From Phaeosaccion multiseriatum (lineage: Eukaryota > Protista > Ochrophyta, other classes), in contig OZ218954.1 in the NCBI GenBank assembly GCA_965112735.1, forward strand, positions 2,232,001-2,296,000: a stretch of 64,000 nt of DNA, given 5' to 3'. The translations under genes were made by a program, and so were the position numbers. The notes below the pieces were generated by a model that saw nothing but the letters and a program-made list of their open reading frames with translations, was not told the DNA's origin and did not search any database. This document shows, in pieces, positions 1 through 26,152 of this stretch (positions are counted from its first letter, which is position 1; every line of letters starts with the position of its first letter).

Positions 1-141
1 ATTATCTCTCTCTTGTCTCCTTGCCTCTCTTTTGTCTCTCTCTCAACCATCTATAACCGGCACATTACCAAATCCTCTTTGTCGATGTTCTCTGCCTCTC
101 CACTGCGTCATCATCTTCATCCTCCTCCTTCGGTCCCGTAG

Positions 142-1722
142 CCACGTGTCAGTCACGCACGGCAAGAGCCTTTACGTCTTCGGGGGCTCCACCGGCAGGT
201 TTGTTACTGTCTGACCTTGTGTGTTAGGGCACGGAGTTGTTGAGTGGCGTTACAATACTTCTATATTTCGTTGGAGAAGTAGGCATCACATCACTTACTC
301 ACTCACTCTCTCACGCACTCTCTCTCTAACTCCCTCCCTCCCTCACTCACTCACTCACTCACCAACTCACTCACTTACTCCTTCCCTGCCTCCCTCTCCC
401 TCCCCATCTCTCCGTCCCTCCCCTCACTAGCGCGATGAACGACTTCCACGAGCTGGCTCTAGACACGTGCAAATGGGCCACCGTGCCCCCCAACCAGAAC
501 CATAACAGCCCCGTGCCCAACCACCGCTTCTGTCACGTGGCCTGTGTAGTGCGCAACTCTCTCTTCGTCATGGGCGGATACGACGGCACCAATCGACTCA
601 ACGACCTCCTGGAGTTTCGCTTCAGCGTCGACATTACCGCCTGCGACATTCCCAAGAGTACACTGGTGGAGGACCTGGGGCACTTCGTCAACAGCGACGT
701 GCTCAGCGACATTACCTTTATCGTAGAGGGGCAGCCTGTGTACGCACACAAGGTCCTGTGCATGCGCTGTACGTACTTTCGGGCCATGCTGACTGGAGAG
801 ATGATGGAGTCTCGGGCTAAGGAGATTACGCTGCCGGATGTTCGCCGGCCCATATTCCTGGCCTTGCTGGAGTACCTCTACACCGATCATGTGCGTGTGT
901 GTGCGTGTGCGTGTGCGTGCGCGTGTGCGTGTGTGTCTGCGTGTGAGTGTGTGTCCACCCTCCCAAGCTACCCACCCACTCACGCGCCCACCCCACCAAC
1001 CCACGCCCCCACTCGCGCGCCCCACCTCCAACCCTCACCACCTTCCCACTCGCGTACCCACACACGCACCCACACACGCACCCACCCACGCACCCACACG
1101 CAGGTGGAGATACCTCTGGACATAGCAATGGAATTGTTCCAGGCTGCGGATCAGTTTGGGGTGGACCGGTTGAAGCGAATGTGCGAGGGGAAGATGCTGA
1201 GCTCCATCAACGTCGAGAATGCCGCCACCATCTTCCACGCTGCTGATCTACATGACGCCAAGAGCCTGCGCGAGAAGGTGGGTGAGAAGGATGGGGAGGG
1301 GAGGGGAGGAGAGGCGGAGGAGGAGGAGGAGGAGGAGGAGGAAGAGGCAACTCTTGGCCACAACCCTTCAGAAGCCTGTCCTTCTGTCCGCTGCGCTTGG
1401 TAGCCCCCCGCCCGTTCCTCGTCTCCCTCTCCCCTTCCCTCTCCCTGTCTCCCTCTCCCTCCTTCCCTCCCTTTCCTCTCTCTCTGCCCATATGCCTCTC
1501 CTGTCTCCCTCTCCATCAACCCCTCCCTCCCTTCCTCCCTTCTTCCTCCCCCCTCTCTCTCTACTACATCGTCTCGCTCTTAACTCTCCCCCCCCCCCTG
1601 TACAGACGCTGAGTTACGTGCTGCAGAACTTCGACAGTGTGTCCAAGACCCCTGCCTTTCAAGACATGGGGGCGGCCCCGGGGGGCATGCAGCTCATCTT
1701 CGAGGTTTTGAAGAACCGATAA
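142..1722 (+). CDS. Kelch-repeat + BTB/POZ protein (LZTR1-like), 3' part; 5' exons lie upstream of the window
   Basis: Exons ~142-198, 431-890, 1104-1277, 1606-1722 with GT-AG borders. Kelch motifs HVSVTHGKSLYVFGG and HVACVVRNSLFVMGGYDG; BTB SDITFIVEGQPVYAHKVLC..YFRAML..FLALLEYLYTD; BACK-like helices AADQFGVDRLKRMCE. Confidence 0.9.
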
Positions 1723-2499
1723 AAGGGATCCCTGTTGTTCTTTTTGTTGCTGGGGCGTAGGACGTGGGAGCTCCCTCTTTTGAGGTTTTGAAGATCCGGT
1801 AAAAGATAGAAGGATCAAAGGAGCTCTGCGCTTTGTTGCTGGGAAGAAGTAGGGAAGAAGAAGAGGAAAATGAGGAAGAAAGGAAGGCAGCCGAGGGGAA
1901 GGGAGGTGCGAATGGCTGAAACGTACACAACACGCGGATGTGTGTACAGGCACACGGAGAAGAGCTGGTCTGGTGGTCTGTCCGCGTTTCACTGTCTTTT
2001 GCCTGGCGTTTCTTGGGCGCAAGCTGAAGCTGCGGAAGGTGCTGACAGAAGGAGGGAGGGAGGGAGGGAGGGCGGGCACAAATAGATGGAGGTACAATGC
2101 AAAGAGGTGGGGGGGGGGTGAGGGGAGAGTGGAGGAGGTCTGGGAGCAGATATGGGGGTGAGACGGTGAGAGCGGCAGAACTTAGCTTCCTCGAAGCACA
2201 CGAGCTTAAGTGTGAGTGTGTGGCCAAAGGGGGGGTTTATTCAACAAGTAATGTCTCACCATTATCGTTTGCTGCCATCCTCATGTGTTGGTGCTCCAAT
2301 CACAGAAAGTGCGGTCGAGAGGAGAGAGTCCTTTCTTTTTTCCCTTTACACCCCTTCTCATTAGTTAGCCTGCCTGTTATGGTATTTATCCAGTCCAAAT
2401 GATGGCGCCGAAGTGTTAGGTTCAGCAACCAAGGAGGAAGGACGGCGGTAGCAGAAACGGGAGAGCAAGGGGGGAAGAAAGGCAGAGAGGAAAGGGAAA

Positions 2500-4180
2500 A
2501 TGCACGCGTCAATGATGCTGAGCGTGGTGGGTCAGCTGGTGGGGCTCCCCGCTGTGCTCTTCGTCTTCCCCAGCTCTTTGAAACCTATCCAACATATCCT
2601 GCGCCCCAGCGACCAAGGAGGGAGTGGTGGTTTCTCCACAGCCGTCCTCCCTCCTCTCGCCTCTCCCGCTGCTAGTGCCGTGTTGGAGGAGCCTCTCCCC
2701 CCGCAAGTGGAGGAGCGGGACAGGGACGCTATTCAGCACATCCTGGGCGTGTTCCAACAGACTGTCAGGAAGGGGCAGGCCAACGTGGACCAGCTGCTAC
2801 AGCCGTTGCTGACGGCCGTAGACGACCATGTGAAGAAGTTCGGCCATAATCTCAACGCGCTCTTCGGCCGAGAGCGTAAGGACGGGCTCGATCTGGAGTC
2901 AAGTGCTGAGACTGAGCGTACACAGAGGTACTTACAAGCGGTGCAAGAAGCCCTCGTGGAAGCGGACGCAATGATGGCCAGCACCGGCTGGAAAGAGGTG
3001 CGTGGTATTGTCGCTGTTGTTTTGGTCACGCAGGCACAAGAAGGGCCAGTATTCGTACATTGATTTCTTCATGACGCCAGTCTCTCTTATGCTCCTCCTC
3101 GTTCCACGCGACCCCGGCAAACACACACGCACATGAACACACACCATACACACACCACCATTCACACACACACACACACACCACCATTCACACACCTGCA
3201 ATCCTCTCATCAGCTCGGGGCCAAAGACAACATCTCAACCTTCAAGAAGTACAAGGCCAAGAGCGCCTACGGCTCGCAGTTCCCCTGCATCAAGGCCGTT
3301 GGTGTCCTCTCTGCCCCCCCCGGTGTTGTGCTGGACATGCTCGTGGACTCGAGCCGTATCAAAGAGTACAATCAGTACAGCGTGGGTAGGGATGACTTGG
3401 AGGTGATCGATGATAAAACCAAGGTGGTTTGGAACAAGACGCAGCCTCCCGTCACCAAGAAAGTGAGTGTGCTGTGCATATTTTTTCTTAGCCACCAATA
3501 GTGTGTGTGTGTGTGTGTGTCTGTGTGTCTGTGTGCGTGCGTGTGTGTGCTCGTTCGTTCATACCTACCCTAACCTCACTGCTACCTCCTACTACCTCCT
3601 GCAACCTACCCTGCCCTATCCTCACCACTACCTGGTGTCAGCTCCACGACTTCTGCACCATCATGCACTGTCGCGTCATGGCAGACGGCGGGCACATGCT
3701 GCTCACCACTGCCACGGATCACCCCAAGGCGCCCCTGCTGCCCAACCACGTACGTGTGTATGTATGTGTGTTTATATGCGTGTGCATTTGTGTGCGTGAG
3801 TCGTGCATGGTGATGAGAGGCATTGGTTGATCCCTTTTGATCCCTTTCTCTGTCTCTACCTCACTATCTCTGTCTCTCTCTCTGTGTGTATGTGTGTGTG
3901 TGAATGTGTGGAGCATGCATTCACCCTGTCGCCGCACGTATCTGCCGCCCACCGACACCTATCTACCTACCACCAACAGGTTCGGTCGGAGATCCTGCTG
4001 GGACTGACCCTTCTCAGGCCCCACACACACAAGCCGGACGCCACCCACGTGACCACCATCAACCATATCTACAGCAACGGGGCGCCTCTCTTCCTCGTGG
4101 ATAAGATGTCATCGAAGAACGCCAGAGACTTCATCCTCAGCGTGGAGCAGGCATTGCTTGGGTCAAGGGCGGCGGCATAG
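2500..4180 (+). CDS. START (lipid-binding) domain protein
   Basis: Exons ~2500-2997, 3214-3462, 3641-3749, 3980-4180. Peptides CIKAVGVLSAPPGVVLDMLVDSSRIKEYNQY, HDFCTIMH, TDHPKAPLLPNHVRSEILLG, THVTTINH fit the START/SRPBCC pattern. Start codon uncertain. Confidence 0.8.
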
Positions 4181-4214
4181 CAGGAGTAGGAGGGGGGTGA
4201 GGCAGGCTGCGGTG

Positions 4215-4245
<31 letters not shown>

Positions 4246-4840
4246 GGGGCAGTAGGAGCAATAGTAGCCCAAATGGTCACCAGTATTCGTAGGTGAGGAA
4301 CAGCAGCTCTGTAAGTAGGCAGCAGTGGTAGCAGCAACCGCGAGCAGCAGTGGTTTTGGTGGTCACATTCTTCGTAAGAGGCGCGTTCAGGAGAGTATCC
4401 GAGGTGTCCCGAGAGTGAGTCTTGCAACTGTATGGTCAGTGAGGTGGTTGTTTGTATATATGCCTATGTACGACCGCATTGTTTCTACATCTGTGAATAC
4501 TGTATCTTGCCACTGAAGTGAAGACTCTGCAGCCTTCGAGGGCCAAAGCGTTGGGCAGCTAGCTACAAAGGAACAACCTCTATTGCCACAGCAAGAAGCG
4601 CGATGACTAATGCCTTGACTCCCAAGTACTCTACAGGCGAGGGAGTGCAGAGGAGCCATTCGCTCGGTCTCAGAGAGCTTTTGCAGTTGCAAAGGCGGGT
4701 GGGTCGCGCTTCCGTCCCCTCAGCTCCCGTCCCTTCTCCCACAAGGGTCGCCTCAGGCCGCTCAGAGGCCGCTCAGCCAAGGGACGCTACCAGTGCCAGA
4801 GGTAATAGCTAGCTGTGCAGCAGTCAAGCAACGCCCCTGA

Positions 4841-5048
4841 TCAACGCTTGCCCGAGCCTGTAGAAGTGCCCGTGCACCGAGCGACGAGGTTGGCTTGGTT
4901 CGCCGCGTGTCGCTTCAAGCACGCGTCCTTGATGCGAGCCCTCTTCTGGGCATTCTTCTGCAGCACCTGCGCCCGCCATGCAAAGGGGAGTAAGGAGTAG
5001 TCACCGGAGAGGATCGAGTAGGCAAGCGCAGCAGGAGGCCCGTCCGAC

Positions 5049-5079
<31 letters not shown>

Positions 5080-6465
5080 GAGAGGGTTGATTTAGTCATA
5101 ACGTCAACGAAGGAACCATCAAAGCAAAACAATCAAAGCAACGAGGGCAGAAGAAGGGGGTGCTGCTGCTTCGAGCACACTCTCTCGAAAGTGAGCGAGC
5201 GGCAGAGGATTCGTGTAGGGAGGCGGGCCCGAGGACGAAGCCTGCTGGGCAGCGAGAAATACGAAGCCATACAGCAGCGACCGAGAGCCGTCAGAGTCCC
5301 CTTGGCCTGGCCTGGGGCTTCTTGACTCAACGGCACCCTATGTCGCTCACGCGCTTCCGCGTTCCCTCCGGCTCCGTCGCTGCCTGCGTCTCTCCCTCCT
5401 CCCCTCCCGACCAGTCTCAGCCCCCAAGCCCCCAAGCCCTCCCTCCTCCCTGACAGTGTGTGTACTTACCTCAAAGATGCTCTGCTGGAAGGCATCGGCG
5501 GCACGTAAGCTGGCCTGCGCCTTGGCGAGCGCTTCGGTACACTCCCTCCTCGGATTGTCCACAAATATACGCTGCGCCTCCTGCTGGGACACCACTTTGT
5601 CGAGCTCAGTCATCTTGGCCTGGACCTTGCCCACAGCGGTGGCGACTGCGAGTAGAGCGAGGCGACGCAGGCGAGGGAGGCGAGGGGGGCGAGGGAGGCA
5701 GGACGCAGGCAGGGAGGCAACATAACAAGGCCAAGAGTGGCGCGCGGGAGCGAGGGCAAGCAACATCACAGGCCCAAGCGTAGTGCGGGGGAATCGAGTC
5801 AGGACAGAGATTGATGCGGTCGCCACTACCGACGAGCGGACAAATGACTGCGCATAACAGGAAGGACGGACGTGTTTGCACCAAAGAGACCAAGACTTAC
5901 TGATCCGGCTGTGTTCTTGGTGGAGAGCGCCCTCGTGGCTCTGCACCATTCCGTCCATGGCGGCCTTCATCTGTGCCACCACGCGGTGAGTGACTGCCAC
6001 TACCGGCGCCTGCTGCTGCTGCTGCTTTTCAGTGCTCTTCTTCGGAGTCGAAGTCTTCCTTCTCTTGTTCGTGCCAGCGGAGTCTTCGCCGCTCTTTCTG
6101 CTGCTGCCCCCGCTGCTGTCCGCGATGCTTCTCTTGACCGTGCGCGGGGTGGTCGTTTCTGCTCCGCGGCTAGATGGGGTAGGGGGGGCAGTAGCAGCGG
6201 TACCAGGAGTGCGCCCCGCCCGCGTCTTGCCGTTGGTGGCCGTCTTGGACGGCGTTTTCGGGCTCTTTCCCGCCGTGGTTCTTCCCCCCCTTTCTTCCTT
6301 GTCCTTGGGCCGGGGCGCGGAAGCAGCAGCAGCCATGGGCATGCTCTTTTTGCCCACCCTCGGCCTGCTCCCGGATGTCCAGGGGCTCTTCTGCCCGCCT
6401 GCTCGTGGGGTGGCTGCGGCTACCGTTCCCGCGGCCTTTCCTCGCGATGTACTGATCTTCTTCAT
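4841..6465 (-). CDS. Hypothetical protein: K/S/T-rich disordered N-terminus plus coiled-coil region, multi-exon
   Basis: ORF 5347..6486(-) with internal donors (~5900, ~5470). Helical exons VATAVGKVQAKMTELDKVVSQQEAQ and AWRAQVLQKNAQKRARIKDACLKR. No recognisable domain; exon model approximate. Confidence 0.5.
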
Positions 6466-6719
6466 GACAGTCGTCGCACGCAGCAAGGCTGAAGAGCAAG
6501 CAGCACGACAAGATGGGCTCTGCTCTTCTCTTTGGGGGCTTGTCCTTTTGTCGGTTGTGTGCTCTTTTCATTAATAATTGGGGGGAACCCTTTCTTGTTT
6601 CAAATCCTTTCTTGTTTCAGATTTGTCCCCAAGGGGGTGGGGGCTGATGATCTCTCACAGTCGTAAAGCTATTGGAAGAGATTACCATTGGAAATGGTTT
6701 GACTGCTGCGCAACTCCTC

Positions 6720-8270
6720 TCAGGTACGCTTCCTCTGGGGGGAGATGGCGGTGTTGTTCTCTGTCTTCTGCTCCACGTGGGGCAGGAACTTTCCGTTGAA
6801 GGTAAGCACCACTCGGTCCTCGTCAGCCACACCCTTGACCTTGTCAAGCGTCACTTGGGGGGGGGGGCAGGACAGGAGTATGATTGAACCAGCACCACAC
6901 ATGGCAGATGGATGGATGGATCGATGGCAATGGATCGATGGACGGGTCAGTTGATGGATAGAAATGATGGAAACCGACCAAGGTCTCATGGTGTCAGGCA
7001 CCCCTCCAGCACACACTTTCAGTTTCTTAGGTGATTCCAATAAGTCCATAAAGTCTCCCTCCAGCACGCACCCATCCCTTGCCCCCCTCGTCTTTCCTCT
7101 TGCCATGCTCACCATACATGTCGATTGCGCTCATGATCCCGTCTCCAAACTGCTCGTTCACAATCTGCTTCAACCCTTCACCGTAGTGGTCAACCGCCTG
7201 CGATCCAGCCACGCCAGGGATGGGTAGCGACAGGGGCGGGGGCAGGCATATGGGCAGGGGCACGGGCAGGCATATGGGTAGGGGCACGGGCGGGGACGGA
7301 CAACTCAGATACACAAGACTTGAAACGAAGACCACATTCTGCTTGACAGTATTTCTCCAGTGTGGGGCGCAAGTAGAATAAAATAATACTACGACGTAGT
7401 ATGAAGGCATCCCTCGCGTGCCCTCACCCACCTCATGGAGGCGGTAGATAAGGGGTTCATTGTTGGCGTCGGGGTCGACTGTGCGAAAGGGGCAGCGCTG
7501 CATGAGCTCGACGTCCTCGCGGGTCAGGGCAGGGACCACTCGGCGGAGTGCGTCAGCGGCAGAGGGCTTGAGCTGGGCCTGATTCATAAACAGTTGCGCG
7601 GTGTATACGTTGGTATAGCCCTGAATGGGTGGGGAGTGCGAGGAGTAGAACGGGGTGGGAGGGAGGGATGGAGAGGGGGGGGGGGGGGGCAGAGAGAGGG
7701 AGAGAGGGAGAGGGGGGCAGAGAGAGTGACAGAGAGGGAGAGGGAGTAGAGAGAGACAGAGAGGGGGGCGGGGAGAGACGCAGAGAGAGCGAGAGAGAGA
7801 AAGGGGGGGGGGGGGGCGAAAAAAAGACGGGAGGTGTGAGAACGGCGGCTGAGGAGGAGAGGGAGACACACGATATGAGAAATGATCCGTTTACGCACCA
7901 GCTCATTGGCTATCTCGTCAAATGTGAGCCCTGTCATTTCCTTAGCCTGCAAGAGACGACTGATAAGGTCCGCCTTCTGTTCCAGAGGGGCGTGTGGCAC
8001 ACGCGAGCTCGAAACATGGAGCTGTCGGTGCTGCTGCTGTGAATGCTGCACTGTGAATCCCCTACTGTCCCTGCTGCATGATCGGTGGTACTGGTGTCGA
8101 TGCTGCACCATGTAGCCCCTTGTAGCTTCGCGCTTGACGTGGTAGCCCCCTCCTCCTCCTCCTCCTCCTCCTCCTCCTCCTCCGGGCCTCATGCTTGCTA
8201 CCCTTGACAAGGACCCCTGCTGCTGCAGAACCATGAGCCGACTGCCTCGCACCACTCCAGCCATAGCCAT
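6720..8270 (-). CDS. cynS: Cyanate hydratase (cyanase) with long N-terminal extension
   Basis: Exons 8270-7899, 7620-7432, 7197-7113, 6853-6720 splice in frame to [87 protein letters not shown], the canonical cyanase signature. Confidence 0.96.
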
Positions 8271-8622
8271 GGATATTGCCGGACGAAAGAGGGGGGGTAA
8301 GAGGGAAGATGGAAAAAAAAAAAAAAGGAAAATGCCGCAGTTGGTGACTCAGCGCCAGTTGTGTAACCCATTTCGGGACGTCCTGGCTTTAAATGCTCCC
8401 AGCAGTAGCAAGAGCGGTAACAATGCTAATAGAGAAGGAGACTACCTCATTCGAGTACGGAAGGCAGTCCCGCCAGACTCTGCACCGAGAGAGGCAAGTT
8501 CGGTAATTTGACCTCCCGGGTCACTATGGAGGTTGTTAAAGCACCGGAGAAAGAGGGTGAGGTGTCCACGTTGGACACCTGGGTCAGGAAGCTTAAGGAT
8601 TCCGCCGCCCCCCCGACAAAGG

Positions 8623-14378
<5,756 letters not shown>

Positions 14379-14793
14379 ACAACCGAGTGGGTGAGTGACC
14401 GACGAGTGACCGAGTGACCGAGTGAGTGAGTGAGTGAGTGAGTGAGTGAGTGAGTGAGTGAGTGAGTGAGTGAGTGAGTGAGTGAGTGAGTGACTCCTTC
14501 ACGAGTCCACCGCAGGCATGTGTGTATGTATGTAAGTATGTATGTATGAACGTGATGCTTGTTATTGTTATGTGCACTCAACGAAGGGTTACGGAGTGAC
14601 TTCGACTTTAGGGGACAGACGGCCCTCCTTGTTTGGTTCCGTTCCGTGGTTATTGAGAGGGTGAAGCAGGCCGCCAGAGTCGTACCTTTGCTCTTGTGTG
14701 TGTGTGTACATAACGTTACGTATGATAATTGTAAGTGGATGTGGTACGTGAGTTCTGTGCAACACCCCCTTCTTCTCTGTCTCTACTGACTTA

Positions 14794-17700
14794 CTACATC
14801 TTCATAAAGGCCGGAGTCTGAATCATCTCCGACCGGCACCTGCCCGTGACGTAGTTTCCCCTCAAGTCGAGCACTTGCATCTGAAAGCCATTCTCCACCA
14901 CCAGCGCCGACGCAAAGGCCTTCGCAGAAGGGGGTGACGAGGGAGGAGGCAGCATCAGCAGCGCCTCGTCCCCCTCTCGCCCCCCCTCCCCGCCCTGTTG
15001 CTGCTGTTGCTGCATCACCAACAGCTCCTGCTGTCTCTGCTCTACCTTGAGCGCCCAAGCGGCCGCAGCCTTTGCCTTCTCCTCGTCCTGTGTCTGCTTG
15101 AGGACACTCCGAGTGCGAAATGATTTGTAGAGAGCAGAGAGACCGCGATCGTAAATGGTATTGTAGGAGAGGTTGAAGTGTGTGAGACCGTCCCAGACAC
15201 CCTGCGCACACATGTGGGCAGCGAGACAGCCGGATGCTGCAAGGGGGGCAGGGGAAGGGAGGGGAGCGGGGGGGGGGGGGGAGTAAGAGGGAGAGCGCAA
15301 CAAGAGAGAGAAGGAAGAACAATTCCTCCCTCGTTCCGCACACACACACTCTCAGTGGGCTTCCTCGCTCTTCACCCCCAATCCCAACCTTCCCCCCCTT
15401 GTATTCGTTTCCGTCTGCTTCCCCCCCACTGCCGCTGCCGCTGCTGCTCGAGTGCCTCCCCACCGTACCATTATCAAGAACGTTCCGCGAGAGGTCGAGG
15501 TGTGTGAGCCCTTTTAAAGCCCCGTGGGCGAGAGTCTCCCCGACGGCCCGAAGCCCACTCAGGCCCACACCATTACCACGCAGACCCAGCGACTCGAGCT
15601 GCTTGCACTGACCGCGACGGAAGGCCTTGCACAGAGCCCTCACTCCTCTGAGGTGTGGAGAGACGTGATGGCGGCAATTGATGCATGTAGGGCGAATAAG
15701 TAATGCAGTATTAGTAACGTTTCGGGAGGTTGGTGGGGTCTCGTTGCGTTGGAGTGGTAGCGCACACACGCACACACGCACATAGGCACACACGCACACG
15801 CGCGCGCAACACTACACACACATACACACACACGCACACACCCACACACACACACGCACACGCACATACACACACGCACACCCATCCCCACACGTAATGT
15901 TACTTGCCTATTGTCTATGCTGCACCAAGGCAGCTGCAAGACAAGCAGACGTGAGCAGCAAGATCCCGACAAGTCTTTGCCCAGGGCATCGGCGCCGAGG
16001 CAGCCAATCTTCTCACACGTCATGTCCGTAACGTTCCTGGCCCAGGGGGGGCGGGGAGGGGAGCGGGGAAGGGCGCGCGGAAGGAGGGAGGAGCAGAGCA
16101 TGTGAGGAGAGAGGAGAGAGGGGGATATTTATTGACTTAATAGGAATCACCTAAGAACGAAAGTGTGTGTGAGGGGAGGGATGAACGCAAGGGGAAGCAG
16201 TGGCAACGGCAGTGGGGGGCTGATGTAGATAGGTCTTCGACACACACAGGTGAGCGTGAGAGAGAGAAAGGCGAGAAAGAACAAGAACAAGAGGCGTCGC
16301 CGGACATCGATATATCATGTCGATGCCCGAGATACCATGTCGAGGTGTCCTACTCGACCCCGTTCACGTTTTGCGTGCGTGCGTGCGTGCACGATCTCGC
16401 CCGTACCCACCTGTACCGCGTCAGATCCACTTCGAAGGCCCCCGAGCTCAGGTACTTGCCTCTCCTCCGCTTCCCACTCGCCCCCCTGCCCTTGCCCTTG
16501 CCCCCTCGGCCAGCGCCAGAGTCAGCGCCAGAGTCAGCGCCTTCTCCTCTTCCCCCACCGACTGCTCCTGCTGTCCCCATTCTCGACTCCTCCCCCCCCC
16601 GTGAGCCTGGCCGGACAGGCGGCCGTCCTCCTCCTCCTCCTCCTCCTCCTCCTCCTCCTCCTCCTCCTCCTCCTCCTCCTCCTCCTCCTCCTCCTCCTCC
16701 TCCTCCTCCTCCTCCTCCTCCTCCTTCTCCTCCGTCTCCTCCTTCTCCTCCTCCTCGTCCCCCTCCTCCCCCTACCGAGACTGACGAGGGTTGCCGCGAC
16801 CGCTTTTTGGACAATGCCCCAGCGCCATTGAGGCCGGCAAGGAGGCCATCGTTCACGAGGACATCGTTAACGACGACATCGTTGCTGCCCGGTGGTGGTG
16901 ATCCGGACGAAGGCGCTGCGACCTCCGCCCCGCCCCTCCCTCGTGGATCCACGTCCTTGTTGACTGTGGGTGTGGGTGGGGCTGTAGTGGTGCCTGGCGG
17001 TGGCGGCTGCTGCTGCTGCTGCTGCTTGCTCTTCAGGCGCAGCACCAGGCTTGTGACCGTCTCCAATTGCTCTCCCTGATAGGGGGGCTCAGGAGCATTC
17101 ACAGCGTCGACAAGACCGGTTTGGCGCATGAGGGCCAGAGTGGACTTTACTCACATCACGGTAGGAAGCGAGGGAGGGAAGGAGGGAGGGAGAGGGAGGG
17201 AGGGGGGGAGGGAGGAAGGGATGGATGGATGGATGGATGGATGGATGGAGGGAGGGAGGGAGGGGGGGAGGTAACGTAAGGCCTCAGCTTTGAAAGGTTC
17301 CCCAGTGCTACGCGATCGGCTGACACTCGCGCCCCTCACCCCCCCCCCCCGGGCTCTCTTCTCTCTGCCACCACCCACCCCCACACACACACCCAAGAAG
17401 ATGTCTCTGCACACTCACAGATGCGCTACTAAACAGAAACATACAACCAACACACATACCTGTGTGAGGGCAAGTGTCTCCCGATAGTCCTCCTCTTCCT
17501 TGGTCTTGGCAGCTTGGCGACTGTCCTCCACGCCCCGGAGCACCAACTTGTCCGCGTCCTGCTTGGCCTTGACGACGGCCTCCTCCTCAGCAAGTAGCCT
17601 TCGAGCGGCGTCCTCCATACCCCACACATCGTTTTGAGTTAAGAAGAACGCCCTGCTCTCCTCCTTTCTCTTCATATACTCAAGTTCCTCAGCCTTCCTC

Positions 17701-19376
17701 TGTGTTGGTAGGGGTGTAGGGAGGGGAGGAAGGGGGGAGGGGAAAGTGTGAGGGATGGGGGAAGGGAGGGGAGAGGCGAGTGAGGCAGCTCTCGTGAGAA
17801 CCCACACAGCCCACGCCCACGCCTACGCCCACATCTCACGGCCCACGACGCACCTTCTCATCGTCTCCATGTATGGTCTGCAGCTGCATGAAAGTAGAGG
17901 CGTCTACCCGAGCGGCCTTGAGCTTGGCCTTCCACTTGCCCCTCCTAAGGGCCTGCTCCTCCATGGCCTTGCGGTCGGCCTCCTGCTGCATCCTCGAGAG
18001 CCGCTCTTCAAGCCACTCCACGCCCTTGTTGCGCCGCGCATCTCTGTTCGCCCGTTTGAATTCCTGCCGTGGATGGGGTGGGTGGGGTGGGTGCGTGTGC
18101 GACACCGAGGCGAGAGATACACGCAAGAGTGTGAATCATTACTTTCAGAGCAATGTGCCGCTTGCGCTCGCTCGCGTGCGTGCATGCATACATGCGTACA
18201 TGCATATAAGCACACACACATACACATACATACACAAGTAAGTACCCACGTACGTACGTACGTACGTACCCGTAACCGTCGCATCTTCCTATTGTACTTC
18301 TTCTTGGCAGGCTTCACAAAGCCCTTCTCCAATATAAGAGCGCCCATCTTGGCCGTGATGACAGTGAAGGACTTTGCCGACCTCCCTGCACGCTTCGTGG
18401 TGGTGCCGAGACTTTGCACCGTGCCAAGAACACGCTGCGTGGCAAGGCTTGCTCTGGGCAGGAAGGGGTCGGCGTTAGCGCTAGCGTTGGGCCTGCCTGC
18501 CCCTCCTGCTGATTTGATGGGGGAAGGAATCCACGGAAGCCCCATTTGTCTACGCCTTAGTATGCTCATACCCACCCCCTTAGATTCCGTGTGAGAAGGA
18601 CCAACCATTGTGGAACCCTCGGCGGCGGCCTTTGGACTTGGGGGGAGAGCGACAACGCCCTGGTGTGTGGCCTTTAGTTTGACGTTTTTCACGAGCCGGG
18701 GCGTGTGGTGGAACATTTGCTTGCCCGTCCTCTTGTCTCTTACATTTTCCCACCGCAGATCTCCAAAATCTCCACTGTACTCGGTGCTACTGTCGCTGCT
18801 GTCGCTGCTGTCACTGCTGTCACTGTCGTCGTCACTGTCGCTGCTGCTGCTGCTGTTGTCACTGCCACTCGAATCGTCGGAAAATTCAAGAGCAAAGCCG
18901 AATTCATTCATCAAGCTTCCCCCTGTCCCGCTCTTCACCGTGCCGCCTCCATGCTCTTCTCCTCCCCCACCCGTTGCTATGCTTCCCCCTCCCGCACCAC
19001 CGGCGTTACTCTTGCCACCCTCCTCCGCCACGGACCCCCACCCATAGGCCACAGGCCCATCGCCCTTACCCTCCGTCACACTCGCCTCTCCTCGACTCCC
19101 TTTTCCTTCGCTCGCCGAGCCTCCTCCTGTAGCCTCCTCTATCGCACTCCCGCTCCTCGCCCCGGGCTTTAGCCCCCGGCTTCCCCCCTTACTAGACGAT
19201 GTCCTGCTGCGGTGGCGAGCGTCATCCTCGTCAGATGATGACGAGGAGGAGCTATCCCAGGATGAGTCCGAGGAGTAGCCGCTGCTGCTGCTGCCGCCCC
19301 CGCCTCCCCCCCGCGGTAGCTTCCGCTTGAAAGACTTGGGTGCGGTCTTGAAGAACGGCACCGGTGTTGACATCAT
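14794..19376 (-). CDS. Large protein with low-complexity N-terminus, coiled coil and C-terminal RNI-like leucine-rich repeats
   Basis: LRR units LLVLQLPWCSIDNRG, LESLGLRGNGVGLSG, LTHLDLSRNVL, LTHFNLSYNTIYDRG, MQVLDLRGNYVT. Upstream exons lie in ORFs 16350-17129, 17415-17807, 17836-18126 and 17904-19454. Confidence 0.75.
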
Positions 19377-19830
19377 CTTGACTCGCCCCTCCCCTTTTCG
19401 GTTGTGAGACCGTCTCCTTGTGCTCGCTGCTGCCACTACTGCTGCTGCTGCCACCTACTTCTTAACCTCATCGAATGAATCTGTTCCGCACCAGGCATGT
19501 GAGCATCTTTGGACACGTCTCTCTGCCCCCCAGCCCCTGTATTACACCCTGCATCAAAGAGTCTGTCTAAAAGTAACGTCTGAGGACCAGCCCGCCGTCG
19601 GACTTCCAACCGTCTGCCGCCGCGATCGCGAGTATCTCGGCCCCCTCTCTTCTTCCTCGCTGCTTGTGGGCTCGTGGAACGGGGGAGGTGTGCTGCGTGT
19701 GCCGTTCTACCAGAAGCCTCCACAAATCAGGAGGAAATGGCCAATGGCCGAGCTCAACACGCCTTTGCTTTTCGATCTTCATAGTTCACCAGGGTCGCCG
19801 CCCTCTTCCGGCTGTCCCTAGCCGGCTGCC

Positions 19831-26152
<6,322 letters not shown>

